Shown: one piece after another, positions 45,929 through 53,289 of the stretch
Layout: every line of letters starts with the position of its first letter
Position numbering within the stretch: the stretch's first letter is position 1
Assembly: GCA_016212215.1 (NCBI GenBank)
Contig: JACRGV010000005.1
Coordinates: 1,391 to 65,390 of the forward strand
Length of the DNA stretch: 64,000 nt
Direction: 5' to 3'
Source: Nitrospirota bacterium
GTDB lineage: Bacteria > Nitrospirota > 9FT-COMBO-42-15 > HDB-SIOI813
The notes under the pieces: model-generated
Database searches by the model: none
What the model was told of the DNA's origin: nothing
The model's input: only the letters and a program-made list of their open reading frames with translations
Made by a program: the position numbers and the translations under genes

Positions 45929-46521
45929 TCGTTCGCCTCATTAATTGAATTATTCAGAATTAACAGCGCCTCTGCCGGCGTCAGTTTTGAATCATTCCAT
46001 GGCCGCGGCCAAAGAATACCGTTTATCCCAATACTTTTGGCCGCTTTTATATTATCCGGGTTGTCATCAATAAATACATCAACCTTTGACTGCCATTTCA
46101 GGAAATCGGATTTATCACTGTCGTAAGACGGTAATGATTCGCCGGCCCGGTTCGATGGCACAAAATGAAATGTCCTGATCCACATACCAAAGTTCTTAAA
46201 AACCCACTGTGCAGAGGCTGATGCAGCAATCAAAGGCACTGCTGTTAGTGCAATATGCCGGCATTTATCTCCGTATTCCACAAACCACTCCATTATCTCT
46301 TTTACCGGCGGCATTTGTTGATAAAAATCCGAAAGACGATATTCATCCAAAGACCTTAAATATTCATTAATGTCTGCTCCCAATAAATTATGCGGTGGAT
46401 TCTTTGTTATTTCTTTATAACTTAATCTACAGTCTTTGTGCCCCATAACCCATTTCTCCTGAAACCACATCCTCATTAAATCATTAAGCACATCATCCAC
46501 ATCCCAGGCTATTGTTATCAC
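45925..46521 (-). CDS. HAD-superfamily hydrolase, 5'(3')-deoxyribonucleotidase-like.
   Basis: IAWDVDDVL (HAD motif I DxDxV), with later conserved Asp/Lys motifs. GTG start. Confidence 0.5.
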   Translation of the reverse strand: MITIAWDVDDVLNDLMRMWFQEKWVMGHKDCRLSYKEITKNPPHNLLGADINEYLRSLDEYRLSDFYQQMPPVKEIMEWFVEYGDKCRHIALTAVPLIAASASAQWVFKNFGMWIRTFHFVPSNRAGESLPSYDSDKSDFLKWQSKVDVFIDDNPDNIKAAKSIGINGILWPRPWNDSKLTPAEALLILNNSINEANE

Positions 46522-46532
46522 TCAGAAATCTC

Positions 46533-46579
46533 CATAGCTCACCCCCACCCTGACCCTCCCCCCTCAAGGGGGAGGGAAA
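46533..46579. repeat. GC-hairpin repeat, long form (atctccatagctcacccccaccctgaccctcccccctcaagggggagggaaa).
   Basis: Identical unit to 14141 and 48141. Confidence 0.85.
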
Positions 46580-46598
46580 GAAACATAGATCCATTTTC

Positions 46599-48125
46599 TT
46601 ATGAAACTGGCTTTAATAGCCAATCTGACCAGAAGGTGAGAAAGGTTTTTCTGTTTTTATTGTTAAGTACATTGCTATCATTATAAAAGGAGTCGTCTTT
46701 ATAATGTGTTGTTGATATTTCCTCAAATATTGCCCCAAGTGCAGAGCTAAAGCTGTGTTTCATTTCCCTTTCCACTATTACCATTTCTCCGGCCTTACAA
46801 TTTCTTTCTTCCCCGTCAAGGTTTACAGCTAAATCACCATACAATACATGAAATGTCTCTTCCTTCATTTTATGATGATGAATAGGGTGTTTCTGACCCG
46901 GAAGGAGAATAATAAGTTTCTTGCAATATTCACGGTTAATGCAATTTATAATAACAGCACCCCATTCATCAAACATGTCAATTCCATAATGGTGAGATAT
47001 TTCCATTTCGAGTTTATCAGGGAGAACGACTTTACTCTCCATGAGGAGGTGACTTATCTTATTAACAATCTGCAAAACCCTCCCGCGAAGATTAGTTATA
47101 GTAACATCCGTCCGCATAACAGGCTGATTAATCTCAATATCTTTGTTCGCGATAAATTCTGTATATTTAGACATATCGTTTGCTGTAATCTGCATTTCAA
47201 TATTAGGTATTGCTAAAAAGGAATTTTCGATAACGATCCTTTCACCTTTCTTAATCCCGTGTTTCGCAAATACACCCCTTTGCAGTCCCCTTAAATCCGT
47301 CCTCTCCTTTTCTGAACCCTCAAGTCTTTCTCCGGCAACTCCACACATTTCATAAGCCTCCTGTGCGACATCAAGCCATGCAGAAATCTGTTCCGGAGTT
47401 GATGAATAACCGTTTATTGCATATTTCTCTGTTTTTAAACCTACATGCCTCTCAAATACCCTTGCCCCTTTTGCAATTGCAATCTTAATCGCATCCAAGT
47501 TGTCAGGGGACTCATGTGTTGAATAACCTATTTGAATATTTGCATATCTATTTTTCAGCAAGTCAATCTGATTCAATTGCAAATTATTCCTGCCTGTAGG
47601 GTACTCGCCTACGCAATGCATTATGCAAAATTGTTTATCTCTATGTTCAAAGAAAGATACAACCTTATCAATATCTTCAATAGAGGCACCGGCTGTAGAG
47701 GCAATAATCGGTTTATCTGTTTTTGCTATCTTCTCCAACAAAGGCCAGTCCGTGAATGAACAGCTCGCAATCTTAATGATATCGAAATTGTGCTTCTCTA
47801 TTAAATCAACGGCAATTTCATCAAAGGGTGTGCATATTGAAATAAATCCAAGCCTCATAACCTCTTCCTTCAGAAGGGCCTGGTGAGTCTCAGATAGTCT
47901 TGTTTCCTGAAAGCGTTTTACATATTTGACATCAGTCCGGTTTCTATAATCAGGATGAATAAAAGTGTCTATATCTCTATATTGAAATTTAAAGGCAAAT
48001 TTGAAATTATATTTTTTGCAAACATCATACATTCTTCTTATAATTTTTAGACCATGTTCAACATCACCATTATGATTGTTGGCCATTTCGAATATGAATA
48101 GATTGTTAAAGTAATTCATGTTTTT
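46599..48125 (-). CDS. NeuB-family (N-acetylneuraminate/pseudaminate synthase-like) - SAF - cupin fusion protein.
   Basis: MKNMNYFNNLFIFEMANNHNGDVEHG...(NeuB TIM barrel)...SAF-like GVFAKHGIKKGERIVIE...cupin HPIHHHKMKEETFHVLYGDL. The track's MGVSYGDIE prefix is repeat-derived. Confidence 0.75.
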   Translation of the reverse strand, partial: KNMNYFNNLFIFEMANNHNGDVEHGLKIIRRMYDVCKKYNFKFAFKFQYRDIDTFIHPDYRNRTDVKYVKRFQETRLSETHQALLKEEVMRLGFISICTPFDEIAVDLIEKHNFDIIKIASCSFTDWPLLEKIAKTDKPIIASTAGASIEDIDKVVSFFEHRDKQFCIMHCVGEYPTGRNNLQLNQIDLLKNRYANIQIGYSTHESPDNLDAIKIAIAKGARVFERHVGLKTEKYAINGYSSTPEQISAWLDVAQEAYEMCGVAGERLEGSEKERTDLRGLQRGVFAKHGIKKGERIVIENSFLAIPNIEMQITANDMSKYTEFIANKDIEINQPVMRTDVTITNLRGRVLQIVNKISHLLMESKVVLPDKLEMEISHHYGIDMFDEWGAVIINCINREYCKKLIILLPGQKHPIHHHKMKEETFHVLYGDLAVNLDGEERNCKAGEMVIVEREMKHSFSSALGAIFEEISTTHYKDDSFYNDSNVLNNKNRKTFLTFWSDWLLKPVS

Positions 48126-48140
48126 CATTTCAATATCTCC

Positions 48141-48268
48141 ATAGCTCACCCCCACCCTGACCCTCCCCCCTCAAGGGGGAGGGGATAGATACGCAACGCC
48201 CTATCCATTCAGTTGCTCTTCTGATCTCCCCTCCCCTTGCGGGAGGGGATTATGGGGAGGGGGGGTTA
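48141..48268. repeat. GC-hairpin repeat cluster (long form plus two additional hairpins).
   Basis: atagctcacccccaccctgaccctcccccctcaagggggagggg...tcccctccccttgcgggaggggattatggggaggggggg. Confidence 0.85.
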
Positions 48269-49592
48269 CAAATTTCCTGACAGTATCTATAACGTATTCA
48301 ATCATCTCTGCCGTCATTCCTGGATAGACTCCAACAAGGAATGTGTTTCTCATGATCATGTCAGTATTATCAAGTTTTCCTGCAATACGATAACCATCGC
48401 CGCTCTTCCTCATATCATCAAAACAGGGATGTTTCAGAAGATTCCCTGCAAATAGCATCCTAGTCTGTATATTTTTTGATTCAAGGTGGTTTACAATCAT
48501 ATTCCTCGTAAATCCTGCATCCTCTCTAACTGTAAGCATAAAACCGAACCATGAAGGGTCTGAACATTCCGCCGGTTCAGGAAGAATAAATCTGTCAGAG
48601 AGGTCTGCCAGACCATCATGCAGGAGTTTCCAATTCAGCTTTCTTGCTTCAATAAAAAACGGCAGTTTCTCAAGCTGGGCACAACCTACTGCTGCCTGCA
48701 TATCCGTGACCTTCAGGTTATAACCAAAATGTGAATACACATATTTATGGTCATAACCGTGCGGTAAATCCCCATGCCTCTGTCCGAAACGGTTGCCGCA
48801 TCTATTATCCCTGCCGGGATTGCAGCTACAGTCACGCCCCCAGTCACGAAATGATGCGAGCAGTCTTTTAATATGCCCGTCATTGGTATAAACCGCCCCG
48901 CCTTCTCCCATAGTAATATGGTGCGGCGGATAAAAACTCGATGTAGCTACATTCCCAAAAGTTCCTGTATATCTCCACTCTCCATTATAAAAATAGCGGG
49001 ATCCGAGTGAATCACAATTATCTTCAATAAGCCACAGGTTATGCCTGTTACAAAAATCCATTATATAATTCAGATTAAATGGGTTTCCAAGTGTATGTGC
49101 AATCATGATTGCCTTTGTTTTCTCAGACAGGGCATCCTCAAGTTGAGTGCAATCAATATTGTATTCAGGAATTGTCACATCAACAAACACCGGTATTGCG
49201 CCATATTGAATAATAGGTGCTACTGTAGTTGGAAACGCCGCTGCTACAGTAATAACTTCATCGCCCCTTTTAATTCTCCTCTCACCAAGCTTAGGTGAAG
49301 TAAGGGCCATAAAGGCGAGTAAATTTGCCGATGATCCCGAATTTACCAGTAACGAGTATTTAACCCCAAGAAACCGGGCAAATTCTTTTTCAAACTTTTC
49401 TGCATACCGGCCGGCAGTGAGCCAGAAATCAAGGGAAGAGTCAACAAGATTAATCAGCTCCTTTTCATCAAAGTACCTGCCTGCATAGTTAATCTGATCT
49501 CCGGCATTAAATATACTTTCCCTTCCGTATACCATTTGATAGTACTGAATGGTCTTTAACAGGATATCCTCTCTAAGCTCCTGTTCGCTCAT
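48201..49592 (-). CDS. ddhC: CDP-6-deoxy-D-xylo-4-hexulose-3-dehydrase (E1; DegT/RfbH family); the C-terminus reads through a repeat.
   Basis: MSEQELREDILLKTIQYYQMVYGRE...AGRYAEKFEKEFARFLG...SGSSANLL is RfbH-like. The final TPPPHNPLPQGEGRSEEQLNG is repeat-encoded. Confidence 0.8.
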   Translation of the reverse strand: MSEQELREDILLKTIQYYQMVYGRESIFNAGDQINYAGRYFDEKELINLVDSSLDFWLTAGRYAEKFEKEFARFLGVKYSLLVNSGSSANLLAFMALTSPKLGERRIKRGDEVITVAAAFPTTVAPIIQYGAIPVFVDVTIPEYNIDCTQLEDALSEKTKAIMIAHTLGNPFNLNYIMDFCNRHNLWLIEDNCDSLGSRYFYNGEWRYTGTFGNVATSSFYPPHHITMGEGGAVYTNDGHIKRLLASFRDWGRDCSCNPGRDNRCGNRFGQRHGDLPHGYDHKYVYSHFGYNLKVTDMQAAVGCAQLEKLPFFIEARKLNWKLLHDGLADLSDRFILPEPAECSDPSWFGFMLTVREDAGFTRNMIVNHLESKNIQTRMLFAGNLLKHPCFDDMRKSGDGYRIAGKLDNTDMIMRNTFLVGVYPGMTAEMIEYVIDTVRKFVTPPPHNPLPQGEGRSEEQLNG

Positions 49593-49605
49593 CTGAATAA
49601 TCTCG

Positions 49606-49708
49606 TTGCTCACCCCCACTCTAACCCTCCCTCGTCAAGGGGGAGGGAATTTTCGTTTCCATCTGCCCCCCTATCCCCTCCCGTCTTATTAATTAGCGAA
49701 GGGGGAAT
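49606..49708. repeat. GC-hairpin repeat (two hairpins).
   Basis: gctcacccccactctaaccctccctcgtcaagggggagggaat...cccccctatcccctcccgtc...gaagggggaat. Confidence 0.8.
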
Positions 49709-49718
49709 TTTCAGTTGT

Positions 49719-49770
49719 ACTTCTTACTTCTGCCTTTCTTGCTTCTTACTTCTAACTTCTTACTTCTGTT
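49719..49770. repeat. Heptanucleotide tandem array.
   Basis: cttcttacttctgcctttcttgcttcttacttctaacttcttacttctg. Confidence 0.75.
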
Positions 49771-50843
49771 TACATATCCTTAATATATTCATTTATCTGA
49801 TTCAAACACAAGGCCCTTGAGCCAACGCCCCCAATGTACCCCTTTGTCCACTCAACAATGCTTTGGAGTGCCCTGTCAAGGTTCCATCGCGTCCTCCACC
49901 CCAACATCATCCTTGCTTTTGAAGAATCAAGTTTTAAATATTTCGCCTCAGTCAATTGCTTTGATTTTTTGACTGAATATGCAGCACCTTTTCCCCACAT
50001 AAGGCAGAATATTTTTACTACTGACTCAATATTTTTTGTCTCTATATCATCTGTACCGAAGTTCCATGCATCTGCTGATGCCGGGTCACCTTCGTATAGC
50101 CTTTGCGAAAGCATCATATAACCGGCAAGCGGTTCAAGCACATGCTGCCATGACCTGGTAAAATTCGGGTTCCTGATGATAATCTTTTTATTATCCGAGA
50201 TCGCCCTGATACAATCAGGGATGAGCCTGTTCTCAGCCCAGTCACCTCCGCCTATTACGTTACCTGCCCGGGCAGTTGCAATAAGGACGCGATGTTTTTT
50301 GTAGTCAGACAAATTAAAAAATGAATGACGATACGATGCAGTAACCATTTCTGAACACACCTTGCTGCCTGAATACGGGTCATGGCCGCCAAGTGTATCG
50401 TTTTCCCTGTATCCCCATGTCCACTCTTTATTCTCATAACATTTGTCGGTGGTTACATTGAGTACTGCCCTTATGTTTTTAGTGTTCCTTACTGCCTCCA
50501 AAAGATTAACCGTACCCATTACATTTGTTGAAAATGTTTCTACAGGGTGTTCATAAGAGTGGAGGACGAGAGACTGTGCCGCCAGATGGATTACAATATC
50601 GGGTTTGCTTTCCTGAATTGCGGTTAAGAGGTGTTTATAATCTCTTATGTCACCCTTTATTGAGTGAACCGATTCTCCTATCTTGCATAATTCATATAAA
50701 GACGGTACGGTCGGTGGATCAAGGGCGTAACCTGTTACCTTAGCCCCCATAGCCGTTAGCCAGAGTGACAGCCACGACCCTTTAAATCCGGTGTGTCCTG
50801 TAATAAATACCTTTTTCCTGTCCCAGAATTCTTTCTTTATCAT
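49770..50843 (-). CDS. ddhB: CDP-glucose 4,6-dehydratase.
   Basis: MIKKEFWDRKKVFITGHTGFKGSWLSLWL... The track ORF extends 57 codons upstream, overlapping ddhA, so the internal ATG was chosen. Confidence 0.85.
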   Translation of the reverse strand: MIKKEFWDRKKVFITGHTGFKGSWLSLWLTAMGAKVTGYALDPPTVPSLYELCKIGESVHSIKGDIRDYKHLLTAIQESKPDIVIHLAAQSLVLHSYEHPVETFSTNVMGTVNLLEAVRNTKNIRAVLNVTTDKCYENKEWTWGYRENDTLGGHDPYSGSKVCSEMVTASYRHSFFNLSDYKKHRVLIATARAGNVIGGGDWAENRLIPDCIRAISDNKKIIIRNPNFTRSWQHVLEPLAGYMMLSQRLYEGDPASADAWNFGTDDIETKNIESVVKIFCLMWGKGAAYSVKKSKQLTEAKYLKLDSSKARMMLGWRTRWNLDRALQSIVEWTKGYIGGVGSRALCLNQINEYIKDM

Positions 50844-50868
50844 AAATATTATTTTTAGTTCAGATGAA

Positions 50869-51645
50869 CTACTCCCATATTTTCCATGGTGGTTTTCCGG
50901 ATTTCCAGAGTTCCTCCAGATATACTTTGTCACGCATCGTATCCATAGGCTGCCAGAAACCAAAATGCTTATGAGCCATAAACTGTTTATCCCTTTGTAA
51001 TCCCGGCAGGGCATTTACCTCAAGATTCGGGTCATTCTCATGCAGATAATCAAAGACTTCAGGCTGCATAACAAAAAAACCGCCATTAATCCAACTGCCG
51101 TTGGCCTTAGGCTTCTCTTTAAATCCATCCACCACGCCGGCGCTGTTTATATGCATTGCACCGAATCTGGAAAGCGGCTGAAGGGCGGTGACTGTGACAA
51201 ACTTACCATGAGATTTATGGAAGTTGATCAGTTCTGTTATGTTTATGTCTGCAACCCCGTCACCATAAGTCAGCATAAACGGTTCATTCCCTACATATTT
51301 TTGTATACGTTTTACCCTGCCGCCGGTCATTGTTTCCAATCCTGTATTGACTAATGTTACTGACCATTTTTCAGCAAAATGCTCGTGTGTATATACCTCT
51401 TTTCCATTCTTGAAATTGAAGGTAACATCAGACTCATATACAAAGTAATTGGCAAAATAGTCTTTAATAACATTTCCTTTATATCCAAGACAGATAATAA
51501 AATCATTAAAACCATAATGGGAATATATCTTCATAATGTGCCATAGAATGGGTTTTTCACCTATCTCTATCATAGGCTTAGGCTTGAGATGAGATTCTTC
51601 ACTGATTCGTGTACCCATTCCACCTGCCAGAATAACTACCTTCAT
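50869..51645 (-). CDS. ddhA: Glucose-1-phosphate cytidylyltransferase.
   Basis: MKVVILAGGMGTRISEESHLKPKPMIEIGEKPILWHIMKIYSHYG is a near-invariant RfbF N-terminus. Confidence 0.9.
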   Translation of the reverse strand: MKVVILAGGMGTRISEESHLKPKPMIEIGEKPILWHIMKIYSHYGFNDFIICLGYKGNVIKDYFANYFVYESDVTFNFKNGKEVYTHEHFAEKWSVTLVNTGLETMTGGRVKRIQKYVGNEPFMLTYGDGVADINITELINFHKSHGKFVTVTALQPLSRFGAMHINSAGVVDGFKEKPKANGSWINGGFFVMQPEVFDYLHENDPNLEVNALPGLQRDKQFMAHKHFGFWQPMDTMRDKVYLEELWKSGKPPWKIWE

Positions 51646-51660
51646 TTGTCTCCTCCAAAT

Positions 51661-53067
51661 TCACGCTGTTGCAAGTCTTCTTTTTCCGGCAATCCTGTTG
51701 ATAACCGCCAATCCCTTTTTTCCATCAGTATTAAACGGGTCTAAGGATAATCCAAGTTTAAAAAACTCTTCTGCAAGAACATTCTGCTTTATCTCATAAG
51801 CAGCAGCCCCAAGAAGATTCAACGCATCTATGTAACTGTGGTCCGTCCGTATCAATCTGTTCATCTGTTCACTGTACTCTGAATCAGTTAAACATAAACT
51901 CACATACTTAAACATCTCCGACATTCTTATTTCAAAAGTATGTTTCTCCATGACCTTTTCTTTTGCAGAATCTGCAATCTTTCTTCTTTCATCCGGGTGA
52001 GAAAGGAAATATCTTATATGGCCTTTTAACTCTTCAATATTCCTGTAACTGACTATCTCCCTGCCTGATGCAAATAGCTCTTCAACATCCTCACGAAAAT
52101 CTGTAATCAGAAAACCTCCTGAAGCAGGTACGTCAAACAGCCTCTGATTAACAGCAGTCCTTAATTGCATTCTTGATATATTGAGATTGATCTTGGTATT
52201 TTTATATATTGAGGCAAGCCCTGAAAAATAATTTACCTCATTGAGATAATGTCTCTTATCAACTACATCAAGCCATTCCCATCCGCCGCATACTGTTATA
52301 TTAAAAGGCTTTAATGCCCTGATAGTCTCAGTCCTGTGAAGGACATTAGCCATATACTCTACTGAATTATAAAACAGGGTCTTAATATCATTTGAGGGAA
52401 ATCTAAATGGAAAACCGCAATCATTAAATGTTGTCTCAGATATTAATTCTATTGATATTCCTGATCTGTTTCGATATGAATTGATAATCCTTTTAAAAAT
52501 ATTATCAAAATCAGCAGGTTTGTTCTGCCACCTGTCTTTCAGTGTATTGAAATATGTATTAGCCTTTTCTCTATCTAATTTCCCTACAAAGACAATATCC
52601 TTTAATCTGTCTTTATATTGTTCTGTTCCTTCACTAAATCGTGCAGGGTTTGTTGCAAGCGGCAGGAAAAATGCCTTCTTAATCCCTGAATATCTCAAAT
52701 CTCCAACATAAGATTTATCTGTTACAAACACTACAGTAGTCGGTGATATATTTTCTTTATTCCAGTTCTCAAGCGTATCCGGCCTGTCCACGTACCATAA
52801 GGCAAGAGGTATTTTTAATAATGCCGCTATCCTTGGAATAAAACCCCTCTCGTCAATTCCATTGCCGTTCACCATAAACAGGAGGTCAGGCATAAATGTT
52901 AGAAGCTCAGATACCCTTTCAATAATATTATAGGGAAGTGTTATGTCAGGGTTTGCAGGGTCCCTATCAAGGCTTATGACCTTTATCTTATGTCCCAGGC
53001 TCTGAAATGCATTAACACATTCAGGTTCTATAAATCCCGCTGAGTCTTGAAACACTGCAATTTTCAT
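51661..53067 (-). CDS. CgeB-family (DUF3880/Glyco_trans_1_2) glycosyltransferase with a C-terminal TPR.
   Basis: NISRMQLRTAVNQRLFDVPASGGFLITDFREDVEELF is the CgeB signature; TPR tail. Confidence 0.7.
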   Translation of the reverse strand: MKIAVFQDSAGFIEPECVNAFQSLGHKIKVISLDRDPANPDITLPYNIIERVSELLTFMPDLLFMVNGNGIDERGFIPRIAALLKIPLALWYVDRPDTLENWNKENISPTTVVFVTDKSYVGDLRYSGIKKAFFLPLATNPARFSEGTEQYKDRLKDIVFVGKLDREKANTYFNTLKDRWQNKPADFDNIFKRIINSYRNRSGISIELISETTFNDCGFPFRFPSNDIKTLFYNSVEYMANVLHRTETIRALKPFNITVCGGWEWLDVVDKRHYLNEVNYFSGLASIYKNTKINLNISRMQLRTAVNQRLFDVPASGGFLITDFREDVEELFASGREIVSYRNIEELKGHIRYFLSHPDERRKIADSAKEKVMEKHTFEIRMSEMFKYVSLCLTDSEYSEQMNRLIRTDHSYIDALNLLGAAAYEIKQNVLAEEFFKLGLSLDPFNTDGKKGLAVINRIAGKRRLATA

Positions 53068-53084
53068 ATAAGACTTCTCCTATG

Positions 53085-53174
53085 CCCACCCTCCCCCTAC
53101 CCCCTCCCGTCAAGGGAGGGGGAATTAAGATAGCAACCTCTCCCCTGGCGGAAGATGGCCCTGGTGAGTGGGTC
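53085..53174. repeat. GC-hairpin repeat (two hairpins).
   Basis: cccaccctccccctaccccctcccgtcaagggagggggaat...cctctcccctggcggaag. Confidence 0.8.
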
Positions 53175-53184
53175 ATTCTTTTTT

Positions 53185-53289
53185 CTTGCATCTTACCTCT
53201 AACTTCTTACCTCTAACATCTTACTTCTTGCATCTTACATCTTACTTCTTACTTCTTGCATCTAACTTCTTACTTCTGACTTCTTACCT
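53185..53289. repeat. Heptanucleotide tandem array, the largest in the window (15 units: CTTGCAT CTTACCT CTAACTT CTTACCT CTAACAT CTTACTT CTTGCAT CTTACAT CTTACTT CTTACTT CTTGCAT CTAACTT CTTACTT CTGACTT CTTACCT).
   Basis: Units read directly. It overlaps the stop codon of the 849-aa GT gene. Confidence 0.9.

Noticed and set aside
49770-51014. Long 414-aa form of ddhB starting MPCRDYKGINSLW...
   Set aside because: The first 57 codons overlap ddhA on the same strand and lack homology. The conserved dehydratase N-terminus begins at MIKKEFWDRKKVFITGHTGFKG.
53185-53289. Possibility that the tandem arrays are CRISPR arrays.
   Set aside because: The period is 7 nt with no spacers of 25-40 nt, and no cas genes are nearby.
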